From positions 3,155-67,154 of the IMG/VR virus record IMGVR_UViG_3300046660_000239: a DNA stretch of 64,000 bases; one strand, given 5' to 3'. The DNA comes from a virus. The notes below the pieces were generated by a model, which ran no database searches, had not been told where the DNA came from, and worked only from the letters and a program-made list of their open reading frames with translations. Shown piece by piece: positions 25,865 to 36,298 of this stretch (its first letter is position 1; each line of letters begins with the position of its first letter). The translations under genes were made by a program, and so were the position numbers.

Positions 25865-27364
25865 CTAAGCCTTTATTTCTTCAACAACGAGGGTAGCCGC
25901 ATAAACGCCGCCGAACAGACGCGCCGAGGCGCTTCCGTTCATTCTGAAGGTTGTTCCGGTTCCGCCGACACGGACTGAGATCGTCTGGGCCGAGGTGCCG
26001 CCGGGTGTGTACTCGCACTCGCCGGCCATCGTCATCGGGTGCCCGGACGCTTCTGGTGTTGCGTGGCCGGCCTTAATGGCATTTGTGTTGCCATTGAAGA
26101 TCGCGAATATCGCAGTTGCCACGCCACTAGTGGACGTCACCGTTCCGCTGAACCGAATGCGGAGTTTGCTGGTGGCGCTTGTCGGTGTGATGTTCACCGT
26201 AAGGATCTGCGTCCCTTCGCCGATCTGCGGAATCGTGTCATCCGCAGGGATCGTGGCCGTGATGTCGGCATTCGTGGCGTACGGTGTCGCGGCGACGCTC
26301 TGAATGACCGAACCGACAGGAAAGAACAGATCGCGAAGCTCAGCCGCGCTGATCTCCTCCGGGTCACCCGCGCCTGCCGTTTTGCGGCCAATCAGGCGAA
26401 GTGTCGCACTGATGTTCTGAATTTTGGCGTAGGTGACAGCATCGCCGGCCAGCTTGACCGTCGTGATAGATCCGTCGGCCGGCGTGCCAACAGCGATCCG
26501 GAAGCCCATCTCCGCTTCAAAAGCCACGCCGTTCGGTGGCGCCTCACTGAAGCGAAGCGTCGGCACGGTGCTAACATAGACCAGCGAGTAAGATGAATGC
26601 AGCTGGGCCGCGCCGCTCATATTCACTCGAATATTGTTGGCGCTGCCTGGATCTACCGTCAGGGGGAAATCGGTATCCACGCCGTTGCCGGTGAATGGGT
26701 CAACTACGACATCATTGCGGGCCAACGCAGCATAACCTGCCGCTTCCGCAGCAGCGGCCTCGGCAGCTGCCTGAATTGCCGCGCTCGCCTGATCGCTGAT
26801 CAGGCGAAACGTGGAGCCAGACTTGATGCCAGCAACAATGGCGCCAGCAGGCATGCCGCCATCTTCTGGATCATTGCCACCATTAGTTTTGACCGTTAGG
26901 GGCGTCTCGCCGTTGAACGATACTGTGACCGCGCCAGGACCGTTCGCCTCGAAAACCGGAAACCAGATCAGCGCGGACTCTGAGACAGGTATGCTCGTGG
27001 TCGCTTGGATTGCGTTAGGCGTGCCTGCGCCGACATCACTCGCGATGATGAACGAATACGGCAGATCGCCGACGCGCGTCCATGAACCAGAGCCGCCTGG
27101 GCCATTCTTCTGGTAAATGCCGTTATATGCCGATGTCGGGTCGGAAATAACCCACGCCATCGAGTTTGCCGGCTTTGTTAGATCAGCAAACAGCAACGCG
27201 CGGGTCTGAAAAATCAGACCGCCGGTTGTCCCGATCGCATTGAGAAGGCTCTCGATCCATGCCCCCCAAGCCCTGATCTCTGATTTCTTGGGCTTCTTTT
27301 TGCCGGAGGAGGGAACCCCGGTAGTAACGAAGTCACCCCAAATATTTGCGGCTGTATCCGGCAT
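25865..27364 (-). CDS. Tail fibre / receptor-binding protein
   Basis: Position after the tail tip gene; DGSITTVKLAGDAVTYAKI fibre repeat. Confidence 0.75.
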   Translation of the reverse strand: MPDTAANIWGDFVTTGVPSSGKKKPKKSEIRAWGAWIESLLNAIGTTGGLIFQTRALLFADLTKPANSMAWVISDPTSAYNGIYQKNGPGGSGSWTRVGDLPYSFIIASDVGAGTPNAIQATTSIPVSESALIWFPVFEANGPGAVTVSFNGETPLTVKTNGGNDPEDGGMPAGAIVAGIKSGSTFRLISDQASAAIQAAAEAAAAEAAGYAALARNDVVVDPFTGNGVDTDFPLTVDPGSANNIRVNMSGAAQLHSSYSLVYVSTVPTLRFSEAPPNGVAFEAEMGFRIAVGTPADGSITTVKLAGDAVTYAKIQNISATLRLIGRKTAGAGDPEEISAAELRDLFFPVGSVIQSVAATPYATNADITATIPADDTIPQIGEGTQILTVNITPTSATSKLRIRFSGTVTSTSGVATAIFAIFNGNTNAIKAGHATPEASGHPMTMAGECEYTPGGTSAQTISVRVGGTGTTFRMNGSASARLFGGVYAATLVVEEIKA

Positions 27365-27430
27365 AGTTTCTCCAGAATGGAAAAGCCCTCACGAGGAGGG
27401 CTGCATTGAGTTGGCTTGGACTTGGTGCCG

Positions 27431-29476
27431 CTACGTCACCGTGAACGAACCAGTGGCCACGTTGGCTGCTGGCGTGCCAGACACGTTGAAGGCGACGACG
27501 AAACCGTATTTGGTGCCTGCGGTTAGGCCCGTTACGACGCGTCCATCAGCGATGTTTGGTGGACCATATTCGGTGGCCACCAGCGTCGATCCAGCAAAGG
27601 TATTAACGGTGTTGATATAGATTCGAACGCCTGCGTAGTTGACGCTGTTCGGTGCTGTCCAAGAGAAGCCGCCCTGCCCTGCACCGCCAGTCACACCGGC
27701 TCCGGTAACGACGCCTGGTGGCGTCGGATCGGCCGTCGCGGTTCTGATTTCGTAGGAGGTGAAGTCGGACTTCCTGCCGTTGGACCACGTCCGCAGACGG
27801 AAATGATACTGTACGCCGTCAGACAGGTAGTTCGATCGAACTGTGTCCTCCCCTGACTTAGACAGCGCCGACCTTGCCGGCTCCGTTAGTGCAGTTGGCT
27901 CCCACTCCAGTTCATAGGTCAGAGAATCCGACAAATGATCCCACGAGGCCTCTGCGTATGCGGCAGTCTGGCCGCCGGTTAGCGTCTCCGTCTTAATGAC
28001 AACATCGAAGCCGGTAGGAGTGGGTACGGCACTCGGCGGCAACGGTGTCACGCTTGCCCCTGGTGCGCCCTCCTCCGTGGAGGCATTGAAACTGTAGAGG
28101 TCTGCCGGAACGACAATCCCCGAGAAGCTGACCGTCATGTCACTGAGCGAAATTGAGACTTTCGACGTAATCTCAACGACAGCATTCGTCAGCTTTGGAG
28201 CGTACTGAACGCGGACAAAGCGATGATACGAGATGTCCATGTCTGGATCGTAATGCGCCGTGATGCTGACTTTGGCAGCGTTGCGCCTGATGTATGCCAA
28301 CTTCTGCAGCCGCTGCATGTGGTTGTGCGTCTGCACAGCCACATTATCGACAGTCATGGTCCGCTCTGTGTCTTCGCCGACGTAAGGGTTGCCATAGATG
28401 GCCGCGTCATTGGTGTTGTATAGGTCGGCGGGATCCGTAAATCGGCCACGCACAGCAAGAACAGTCGTCGCTGGGTCAACGTTGGCATTCAAGCCGAAAG
28501 AAATGATGTTGTCCCGCGTCAACGTAACGGACGGCTCGACATATTCTCCGGCATGGACACCCACCTTACCGTCTGGACGCTCATAGACGACCAACTCGGC
28601 CGCCTGATCGATTATCCGGCCAAGTTCGATCTGATCGCTATTGGCTCTAAACCAAAGGCCGCCGTGATAGCGACTTTCCGCAGTGCCGCCTCGGTTTGTG
28701 ATGGGTTCGTCGCAGACGTCAGCAGCGTGCTGCCAGTCTGGCAAATACATATCATCAATCGACATCTTGCCGCCGTAGGGGCTGGTCAAGTGCCAAAGGC
28801 GCATGAGTGCCAGATTTGTCGTGAATGCGGTTGTGTCCGTGCGTGGATCGTACAACGGCATGCCGTCGCCAACCGCCGAGTGTTCCGGCATTTGGTTGGG
28901 AAACGCATCGAGGTAATCCTCTTGCGCGACAGTAACGGCAGTCATCCTGATGCTGGCGAGGCCGTCGCCGCGATGATTAGCTGTATATAGCTCTGGAAAT
29001 GTGGTGATGACGTCAGAATATGGAAGCTCGGCAGGCAGACCAACTCTTGTGTCGATGCTTACCTTTGGATTCCCTTTGATGACGAAGTGTGCCGGAAGAG
29101 AAACGTAACCGCTGTCTAGCGTTACGGCCTCATCATGCAGATAATGCTGCACAAATCCGTTGATGCGGTGACCGGCCCAAACGATGATGTGGAAGGCAAC
29201 GCCATTTCTCTCCTCGAGAAACACATAGTCGCCAGCCTTTTTTACCCGCCCCAGAACAATTGGGAGGGACGGCACAGATTGCTTTAGATTATATGTGCCG
29301 TCTTCTGGCTTCGGGACTGACGGCTTTGGCGTTAGCGCCTTGGAAAGAAGAATTCCGCCGTAGGCAAGGCCACCGTAGGCCAACGCCAAAGTTCCAAGAT
29401 ATAGCGCGTTTGCAGCCACCACTGTTGTTGCGAATGACGACACGATCAATGCGCCAAGGCTGATAATGTCTGGCAT
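27431..29476 (-). CDS. Tail tip / central fibre protein with FN3-like C-terminal domains
   Basis: PIVLGRVK.AG, YDPR...NLAL, YHFRLRTWS (FN3-like). Confidence 0.8.
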   Translation of the reverse strand: MPDIISLGALIVSSFATTVVAANALYLGTLALAYGGLAYGGILLSKALTPKPSVPKPEDGTYNLKQSVPSLPIVLGRVKKAGDYVFLEERNGVAFHIIVWAGHRINGFVQHYLHDEAVTLDSGYVSLPAHFVIKGNPKVSIDTRVGLPAELPYSDVITTFPELYTANHRGDGLASIRMTAVTVAQEDYLDAFPNQMPEHSAVGDGMPLYDPRTDTTAFTTNLALMRLWHLTSPYGGKMSIDDMYLPDWQHAADVCDEPITNRGGTAESRYHGGLWFRANSDQIELGRIIDQAAELVVYERPDGKVGVHAGEYVEPSVTLTRDNIISFGLNANVDPATTVLAVRGRFTDPADLYNTNDAAIYGNPYVGEDTERTMTVDNVAVQTHNHMQRLQKLAYIRRNAAKVSITAHYDPDMDISYHRFVRVQYAPKLTNAVVEITSKVSISLSDMTVSFSGIVVPADLYSFNASTEEGAPGASVTPLPPSAVPTPTGFDVVIKTETLTGGQTAAYAEASWDHLSDSLTYELEWEPTALTEPARSALSKSGEDTVRSNYLSDGVQYHFRLRTWSNGRKSDFTSYEIRTATADPTPPGVVTGAGVTGGAGQGGFSWTAPNSVNYAGVRIYINTVNTFAGSTLVATEYGPPNIADGRVVTGLTAGTKYGFVVAFNVSGTPAANVATGSFTVT

Positions 29477-29480
29477 GTAA

Positions 29481-29888
29481 TTAGATTTCCCAGATTGCTA
29501 GCGGGGCGGCAGAGATTGGACAAACGCCACTGCGGGTGCGAACTAGCCAGTTCGTCCCATCGAAAATGGCGCCCCATTGGCGGTTGATGTTCCCGGCAGA
29601 TCCGATGACACCAACAGCGCCTTGCGTGGCGGCGCTGAGAGGCTTGCCGCCAATGTTGGCGACACACCCTGTAACGACCGGAACAACGCCACGATGCTTC
29701 TCTATGATGCTGCGGAAGCCTTCATCGGTGTCATAGGTGCCGCGAAGATGTGAGGCCGGATCGGGATAACCAAGCCACATCGCCCAATCCGCCAGAAAAA
29801 GGCAGCAATCCACTTGGCCCGGTTGCCATGGGCGGCAATTGTGGGCAGCAAGAAACAGCGCGAGCTGGTCTCCTACCAATTTGGCCAT
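29481..29888 (-). CDS. Tail-associated NlpC/P60-like protein (DUF6950-like)
   Basis: PWQPGQVDCCLFLADW...G.PDPA..LRGTY. Confidence 0.75.
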   Translation of the reverse strand: MAKLVGDQLALFLAAHNCRPWQPGQVDCCLFLADWAMWLGYPDPASHLRGTYDTDEGFRSIIEKHRGVVPVVTGCVANIGGKPLSAATQGAVGVIGSAGNINRQWGAIFDGTNWLVRTRSGVCPISAAPLAIWEI

Positions 29889-30439
29889 CTGATCGTCTTG
29901 TCTTTCAGGCCAGGGATTCGCTCACAGAACCTGTCGTCGGCCGCCAATGGGTTGCTGACTTTTGCGCGCGCTCGTTGGTCGACATCAGATAGAACCGCGC
30001 CGTTGGTGACGGATCGCAGCGTAAAACGATTTGCTATGTCCACTTGAATTGTGGACCTAATGTTGTCGCCGCTCGCCTGATCAACGAAGTTAAGGTTGGC
30101 GACAGTCCCTGTGAACCTGATGATCGGCGAGCCGGTCGGCTGGTCCGTGGAGTCGCATTTTTGCAGAAGAACCCGGAATGGTGATCCAACGATATTTCCC
30201 GCCTGGTAGTCAGCCCAGACTTTGTTGGATGTGTCCTCGTCTACGCCGGAAAGAACCAATGTGAGCGTGAATGCTTCAGCATTGATTGCGGCCTCGATCT
30301 GCGCCAACGCATCCTCCGTGAGGGTGCACGATCGATATACATCTCCATCTGGATCGATAAACGCGCCGCCGGACCCGTCCCAAAAACGTAGCGTGCCAGA
30401 TGGCAGATCCACCTGACATAAAATACGAAGACTGGCCAA
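29873..30439 (-). CDS. Minor tail protein (hub-like)
   Basis: Position; DQRAR...DRFCE...W C-terminus. Confidence 0.7.
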   Translation of the reverse strand: MASLRILCQVDLPSGTLRFWDGSGGAFIDPDGDVYRSCTLTEDALAQIEAAINAEAFTLTLVLSGVDEDTSNKVWADYQAGNIVGSPFRVLLQKCDSTDQPTGSPIIRFTGTVANLNFVDQASGDNIRSTIQVDIANRFTLRSVTNGAVLSDVDQRARAKVSNPLAADDRFCERIPGLKDKTIRWPNW

Positions 30440-30458
30440 AGCCTGCCCTCCTTATGTT

Positions 30459-31181
30459 TTATAGAAGACCGAGAGCTAACTGGTTCCAGTAATCCGTCGC
30501 CTCGACAAACGAGACGTTCGGCCTCGTGCCCTTGGTTATGGCGTCTTGAGACACATCCATTCCCCGATCCTCCGCAAGATGGCAGAGGCAAGTAGGTCGA
30601 TCGAATTCAAGATCGGATCCAGATGGGATGGTGTCTCGCACCGTCGGCGAGATTGGAACAGTCCAGACGTCACCATCGATAGTGATGACCGGGCCGACCT
30701 CGTAGAGCGCGTGGTTATAGGAGAAGCGAGTGCCGACTAGATTGGCTGCGGCATTAATAATGCGCAGCCTTATCGTGGTTGCGCCGATGGGCGTTGTACT
30801 GTCGGCGACCACAGATATTGCGTTCTGCAGATATTCCGTGTCGTCGTCAAAGGGCGCGTCATCGCTGTGAGGCTCTTCCCCTATTGGCTCGAACCGCCCG
30901 CTCACATAGGGAGCCGAAAGCGAAGACGGTACACGCACAGCAATAAGCCCCGACCGGCCGCCTAGTTTCTGCCTGATCGCCTGCCACGTTTGCCACTGAT
31001 CGCGATATCGATTTTGGATGACGATGCCGGCATAATCGATGGCCCAATATCCGAGATCGGTACGAGTAACAGGCTCGACGCCGCCCAGCGACCTGCCGCC
31101 GGACCTTGTAAAAGGCACAAGGCACGGGGCAACTTGCGACGGCGTGAGTGTGCAGAACGGCCATTCGATGATATCGACCAT
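30459..31181 (-). CDS. Distal tail protein
   Basis: Directly after the tape measure gene. Confidence 0.7.
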   Translation of the reverse strand: MVDIIEWPFCTLTPSQVAPCLVPFTRSGGRSLGGVEPVTRTDLGYWAIDYAGIVIQNRYRDQWQTWQAIRQKLGGRSGLIAVRVPSSLSAPYVSGRFEPIGEEPHSDDAPFDDDTEYLQNAISVVADSTTPIGATTIRLRIINAAANLVGTRFSYNHALYEVGPVITIDGDVWTVPISPTVRDTIPSGSDLEFDRPTCLCHLAEDRGMDVSQDAITKGTRPNVSFVEATDYWNQLALGLL

Positions 31182-31186
31182 ATGCC

Positions 31187-33775
31187 CTACCCGTTCCTGT
31201 AATCGCCGCCGGCGGTGTTGTTTTGATATTTGGCCATTGTTGGGACTACCTGCTGCGAAGCGGCCGACACAATGCGCGGGCTGGCCGCGGCGACTGTGTC
31301 GTTGCTGACCGACTTCACGTAGGCCCGTAGGCCGCCAGTGTCGTCGACGGACACGCCAACTTGGATGTCGGTCTTGCCGCCACCACCCATCTTCGTGCCA
31401 CGAGGCAAAACAACCTCGCCGCGCTGAAGAATGGCCGGAACCTCGCCAGGCACTAGGCCGGCGACGCCGCCTTTGTGGTAGCGCTTGGCGCCCGCAAAAG
31501 ACTTCGGCGAGACTGAGCGCCCATGGCCGTAGCCATCGGCACCAGCCACACCGCCGCTATGCAGGATGCCTGGAATGATCATTCCGCCGAGAAGGCCGCC
31601 TGCCCCACCACCACCGCCGCCGAAGAGTCCGCCGAGACCGCCACCGCTAAACACAGCGTTGAGGCCAACATCGATCAACTTGTCGACGACCTTGTTGAGG
31701 GCATTAGCCAAAGCTTCAGCCGCAGACTTGCCGCTGCGCAGGTCGGAGATAAACCCGCCGACAGCATCACGACCGAGATCGCGGAACTCTTCGGCAGATT
31801 TCTTGATCCGCTCTTGCGATGCCTTCAATTGGTCGCCGGCAGACGAAGCCTTCGCGTAATTGGTCGACAGCGCATCAATGCTTGCGGCAAGTTCTGGAGT
31901 TACCGAAACACCGGCCTTTTGGGCCTCTGACAGCAATTCCTGCTGGATCCTGGCCTTTTCGACCGCAAAACCGTAGTCATTTACAAGCGGGTTTAGCTTG
32001 GCTTGCGCGGCATACTGAGCGTTCAGCATGTCGATGCGCTTCTGCACGTCGGCAACGTCGCCTTGGAACAACTGATCCGGCGACTTCTTGTTGCCAAGGC
32101 CGGCGTCATTCATCGAGATGCCGGTGCCAGAAAGGTAGGTTTGCGCCTCTTCCTTGCGTCTGCCAGGGTTTGACGTCAGCGCGGCAATAGCCTTCGCCAC
32201 CTTCTCCGGCCCGCCGCCCTCCTTGATCGCGTTCACGATCGCATCAGGCAGAGACCCGTAGTTGTAGGCGATAGACGTCAGTGCGGCCTGCTGGCCTTCG
32301 GACAGGCTCTTCCACGTCTCAATGCCGATCGCATTCTGGATCCCGTTCTGGAACTCCATGATGCGCCTGGACAGATCGCGTTGCGCATCATCAAGTGTGA
32401 CGATGGTATCCTTGGTCACCTTCTCGATTTGGCCATTGGCACGAGTGGCCGTATCGCTGCCAAAACCTACGCGAAAAGCGTTGGTGTCCCACTTGGCGTT
32501 CGTAATAAAGCCTTCGAAGCCGCGAATAAGCTTTGCCGCGGCCGACTTGCCGACCTCATCGAGGTTGGACTGATTCTGGTCGTATGCCTGCGCCTGCTCG
32601 CCGTTCATGAACTGGCCGCCGCCCGAATACAGCGGAGAAAGCGTGCCAAGTGGCGACTTGTTGATCTGCGTCTGCAGATCATTCAGGTTCTTGGCGTACT
32701 CGCCGACCTGCGTGAGCGCCTTGCCCATCGCCGGAATGAGTTCAGTCTTGATCTTGCTGGCAATGTCGCTGATTGCGCCGCCGCCGTTTATGCCAAGGCC
32801 AATGGCCGAAGAAGTCAGGGTCGCGAATGCGTCCTTGGCCTGCTCGCCGGTAAGGTAAAGCGTATTCAGGCGCTTGTTTGTGCCCTCTATGGCTTCCTGC
32901 AGGGGAATGGACTCGTTCGCCGACAATCGAAGCTGTTTTGCCAGTTCCCTGATGTTGTCAGGAATGCCCTTCATGCCCTCGATCTGCGCCATCTCAAGCG
33001 AGAATTCGCGAAAATCTGGGATATCCTTATTCAGGGATCCAAGGGCGTGTTGGAAATCGATAACGGTCTGTGTGGCACCGCCAAACTCGCTGACCGGCAC
33101 ACTCAGAACATCAGATTTTAGATCCTTGCCGGCGGCTTCGATGGCCTTTTGCAGGCTGCCGAACTCGTCGCGCAGCTTCTGCAGTTCGATCTTCTTGACC
33201 GAGTCCGAATATCCCTCGACGCCCTTCTTGGCGATGCCCCAGGCGTCATCGAACGATTTGATCAGCTCGGCATGAGCCTTCAGCAGTTTTTCGGCGTCCG
33301 GAACGTCAGACTTTAGGGTCGTCAGGTATTGAACGGCAGCGCCGGCCAGGCCGATCAAGGCAAACGATGCCAGCGATACCGGATTGACCATCTGCGCGAA
33401 CGCGCCGCCAAGGGTTTTAACGGCGCCAACAAGGCCGCCGCCCGAGCCGTTGAAGACCTGCGCAACCTGGCTGCCCTGCTGGGCCATAACCTGAAACGGT
33501 GACGCGCCGCCGGCCAGCGATGTCGCGATATCGTTCAACTGGAACGACAGGTTCTGCACCGCGGCGCGTTGAGCGCCTAGAGACTGCTCGACCTTGCGGC
33601 CGGAATTCACAAAGCTGCTGGCAGCGTTGTCGTTGGCGCGCTTAAACTTGTTCTCGATTCCGCTGGCCGTGTCTCCGGCCGACTTCGCAATGCCGGAGAG
33701 CTGCTTTTCGAATTTCTTAGTCGTAGCCTCGATGGAGACTAGAAGGCGGGCGGTGTCGTCTGCTGTCGCGGCCAT
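31187..33775 (-). CDS. Tape measure protein with an internal lysozyme-like domain
   Basis: NLSFQLNDIATSLAGGASPFQV.AQQG (lambda-type TMP N-terminus); IRGFEGF...VGFG...ALTSIAYNYG...RRKEEA. Confidence 0.92.
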   Translation of the reverse strand: MAATADDTARLLVSIEATTKKFEKQLSGIAKSAGDTASGIENKFKRANDNAASSFVNSGRKVEQSLGAQRAAVQNLSFQLNDIATSLAGGASPFQVMAQQGSQVAQVFNGSGGGLVGAVKTLGGAFAQMVNPVSLASFALIGLAGAAVQYLTTLKSDVPDAEKLLKAHAELIKSFDDAWGIAKKGVEGYSDSVKKIELQKLRDEFGSLQKAIEAAGKDLKSDVLSVPVSEFGGATQTVIDFQHALGSLNKDIPDFREFSLEMAQIEGMKGIPDNIRELAKQLRLSANESIPLQEAIEGTNKRLNTLYLTGEQAKDAFATLTSSAIGLGINGGGAISDIASKIKTELIPAMGKALTQVGEYAKNLNDLQTQINKSPLGTLSPLYSGGGQFMNGEQAQAYDQNQSNLDEVGKSAAAKLIRGFEGFITNAKWDTNAFRVGFGSDTATRANGQIEKVTKDTIVTLDDAQRDLSRRIMEFQNGIQNAIGIETWKSLSEGQQAALTSIAYNYGSLPDAIVNAIKEGGGPEKVAKAIAALTSNPGRRKEEAQTYLSGTGISMNDAGLGNKKSPDQLFQGDVADVQKRIDMLNAQYAAQAKLNPLVNDYGFAVEKARIQQELLSEAQKAGVSVTPELAASIDALSTNYAKASSAGDQLKASQERIKKSAEEFRDLGRDAVGGFISDLRSGKSAAEALANALNKVVDKLIDVGLNAVFSGGGLGGLFGGGGGGAGGLLGGMIIPGILHSGGVAGADGYGHGRSVSPKSFAGAKRYHKGGVAGLVPGEVPAILQRGEVVLPRGTKMGGGGKTDIQVGVSVDDTGGLRAYVKSVSNDTVAAASPRIVSAASQQVVPTMAKYQNNTAGGDYRNG

Positions 33776-34042
33776 TTAGAACCCTACAATTCCGAGATCT
33801 GCCAGCTCATCATCGCCCATTGGCGGAGGTGGCGGTTCTTCACTGGCGTGGGCTTTTCTATAGCCCTCCGAGCAGCACGCGAATTCCCAGAGCGTCATGT
33901 CATCGACATCGCGAGGCGAGTATCCAATAACAGCGCCAGCGGCGAGATAGCTTGACCAGCGTGTCTTGCCGTTTGGCAGCGGGTCTAGCTTTCCTTCGCT
34001 ATCCCCGCCTGGGGCTCCCCCGGCTGGTCGTCGGTCTCCCAC
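33776..34042 (-). CDS. Tail assembly chaperone extension (gpT-like, -1 frame)
   Basis: GYSPRDVDDMTLWEF; overlaps the chaperone gene end in the -1 frame. Confidence 0.65.
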   Translation of the reverse strand: MGDRRPAGGAPGGDSEGKLDPLPNGKTRWSSYLAAGAVIGYSPRDVDDMTLWEFACCSEGYRKAHASEEPPPPPMGDDELADLGIVGF

Positions 34043-34335
34043 ATGATGAATCTTCGGAGGATTTCTGCCGAAGTGACCGCAAGGGCATATGGGCTAGCAA
34101 CATCGAGGGCGGCCTCAACGGCCTTTTGGGCAATCCGCTCTTCCATGCCGCCGCCGATCAAGCCAAGGCGGATCGGCCCTATCACGTCGTCAATTTTCCA
34201 TTGCGAGGAAAGCAGGCGCATCATGACAACGGCGCAACCGGCATCGCACTTCTGTTCGACAGCCCTAAGCTCGCCGATGCCCAGGCGGAAAGAATGCTCT
34301 CCGCCTGGCCACGTTATCTCCTCTGACCCCCGCAT
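33985..34335 (-). CDS. Tail assembly chaperone (GTA-gp10-like)
   Basis: WPGGEHSFRLGIGEL...IRLGLIGGGM. Confidence 0.8.
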   Translation of the reverse strand: MRGSEEITWPGGEHSFRLGIGELRAVEQKCDAGCAVVMMRLLSSQWKIDDVIGPIRLGLIGGGMEERIAQKAVEAALDVASPYALAVTSAEILRRFIMWETDDQPGEPQAGIAKES

Positions 34336-34784
34336 TAGGAGATCCGCGGGGTGCGCGTCGGGATGCCGTCGAACTGAATGTCGAGCTCGGCGGTGACCTT
34401 CGTGCCGCGCTCAGCAGCGTTGTTGATCGATGCCAGGTAGGCCGCTCCGGATTCGTACTCCGTATCACCGATCGCCGCATTGACGTGGTGAATACGGATG
34501 TTCTTCGGCTGGCCGGCGCCCCACCAATCAAGCAGAAGCTCGTGCGACTGCGAAGCCCATACGCCAGAGGCGGAAACGGTCACTTCAGACGACTGAACGG
34601 CGCGCTCAACCTGTGCAGGCAAAGATTCGTCGTCGCACGATGGAACTTCGGAGGTCTGCATGTTGTGCTGGCGGTTAACGCCTCTGGAAGTCAGGCCACA
34701 GATCTTGCTGTAAACGCCGCTACCTGCGGTCACCTCGACCTCAAGCACCATCTGATGAAAATTAGCTGTACTCGCATACGCCAT
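34335..34784 (-). CDS. Major tail tube protein
   Basis: KICGLTS...VPSCDD...SGV; position. Confidence 0.85.
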   Translation of the reverse strand: MAYASTANFHQMVLEVEVTAGSGVYSKICGLTSRGVNRQHNMQTSEVPSCDDESLPAQVERAVQSSEVTVSASGVWASQSHELLLDWWGAGQPKNIRIHHVNAAIGDTEYESGAAYLASINNAAERGTKVTAELDIQFDGIPTRTPRIS

Positions 34785-34843
34785 TTGGTTTTCCTTTCAT
34801 GGCAAAGAAAACCGCCGGCGAAGCGGCGGTTGGTCTTGGGGCA

Positions 34844-35047
34844 TTAGCCCTTTATTTCTTGTGATTTCCGCCCTGGAGGCGGGACTTTGGTTGCGCGCGC
34901 CACAGAGACGGCGTATTCCACGAAATCTCGAGGCCACGATTGCGGCTCCGCTTTCGGCTTAGCGTTGAAACTAAACTTCGATCGAGGCCTAGACCAATTC
35001 ACCTCTTGATGAACCATCATCCACGCCATGTTTTCACCTGTCGTCAT
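34844..35047 (-). CDS. Hypothetical structural-region protein
   Basis: Coupled ORF. Confidence 0.55.
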   Translation of the reverse strand: MTTGENMAWMMVHQEVNWSRPRSKFSFNAKPKAEPQSWPRDFVEYAVSVARATKVPPPGRKSQEIKG

Positions 35048-35457
35048 TCTGGCTCTTCGATGCTGGCCGTTACGCTCACGACGCCATGCGTTGTGAGCCC
35101 GTCGGAATCGGTAAAGACGCGGCGAAAATCCACTCGGATTTCTGCCAAGGCATTCACCGACAACACCAACTCAGCTTCGTGAAGCGTGCGATAAATCAGG
35201 TCGACGATGTTTTTCGCCTCGACCTGGCCAACGGCTTTGCTCCACACGTCCACTTGGAACGAGTGGGTGCCGCTGACAGAGCAATCGGCGCTATCATCAA
35301 CCACATCGGACGGGCCGAAGCTAACATAGGCGTTCTTGCCATTATAAGGGTCAGCCGGCACTCGGTCATAAACGCCTCCGACCAGCGCCATAATGGCGGT
35401 CGTGGCGCGCAGCGTGTCGTAAAGGAGCTTTTGCAGATCCGCCTGTGCGCCCATCAA
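35044..35457 (-). CDS. Tail terminator (DUF3168-like)
   Basis: LQK..Y..L...VYDRVP...YVSFG...QVDVWS...DG.T.HGV. Confidence 0.85.
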   Translation of the reverse strand: MMGAQADLQKLLYDTLRATTAIMALVGGVYDRVPADPYNGKNAYVSFGPSDVVDDSADCSVSGTHSFQVDVWSKAVGQVEAKNIVDLIYRTLHEAELVLSVNALAEIRVDFRRVFTDSDGLTTHGVVSVTASIEEPE

Positions 35458-35945
35458 TCAGCCTCACCTTGCGTAACCGGCCCAACGAACTTGATCGCCT
35501 TTTTCATCTCGCGCTTGATGCGCGACTGAATGCGTTTCTTGAGGGCTCGGTAGGATGGGAAGAAAAACGGATGCGCTCTGGTGCCTGGATGGCCGTGAGC
35601 CACGCCCGTGAAGCTCTTGTTGCCGCCGCCGGTCGCAACGTTGTGTGGCGCCGTACCGAATTCCACGAAGGACGCGTAGTAGGCCTTGGCGTTGCCAGCG
35701 TAGACGGTAATGCGGATGCCGCGCTCATTGGGGTCACTTTGAGCGATAACAGCGGATCCTGCTGGTGCATTGCCCCATGTCCAGCCGATGCTGTCACGAA
35801 GGTCTCCGTCATCGACTGGCGCTAGGCGCTTCATCATCTTGACGAGCTCTTCGGCGCCGGCCTCCATTGCTGGTCTGGCCGCCGCCTCGACGCGTTTTGG
35901 CAACGCGGCGACAGCCTTCTTGAGATCAGAGATACCTTGAACCAC
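35454..35945 (-). CDS. HK97 gp10-like neck protein
   Basis: APVDDGDLRDSI...YASFVEFGT...AHPFFFPS. Confidence 0.9.
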   Translation of the reverse strand: MVQGISDLKKAVAALPKRVEAAARPAMEAGAEELVKMMKRLAPVDDGDLRDSIGWTWGNAPAGSAVIAQSDPNERGIRITVYAGNAKAYYASFVEFGTAPHNVATGGGNKSFTGVAHGHPGTRAHPFFFPSYRALKKRIQSRIKREMKKAIKFVGPVTQGEAD

Positions 35946-35962
35946 TACGTCCGCCTTTTGCC

Positions 35963-36298
35963 TTACGGCAGGACGCCGCGTTCGCAGAGAAGATCAATCC
36001 ACTTGTTATCGGTGGATGCCGTGACGTCACGGATCGCGTATTCGACCATGGTGCGGGTATCCGTGACTCGCCAATCGGCAGTCACGCGACGCGTTGCCAC
36101 GTGCGATCGAACGCGGATAACTTGCGGATGACGATTTTCTAGGCGAGCCGCTATTACGGACTCGCCTCCGCGGAGATGAACGTATTCCGCCGCATCCTGA
36201 AACTGTTCGATCCAGTCTGCGACGGTGTTGCCAAACCCGTCGTCCTGCTCGTTTCTGACAGCAAAGGAGACGCGTTCTTTTAGCGCCCCCGCCGCCAT
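35963..36298 (-). CDS. Head closure / head-tail adaptor
   Basis: AGALKERVSF...DDGFGN...W...GGE. Confidence 0.85.
   Translation of the reverse strand: MAAGALKERVSFAVRNEQDDGFGNTVADWIEQFQDAAEYVHLRGGESVIAARLENRHPQVIRVRSHVATRRVTADWRVTDTRTMVEYAIRDVTASTDNKWIDLLCERGVLP

Noticed and set aside
24823-29476. Diversity-generating retroelement or invertible tail-fibre locus
   Set aside because: No reverse transcriptase, invertase or TR/VR repeat pair seen.
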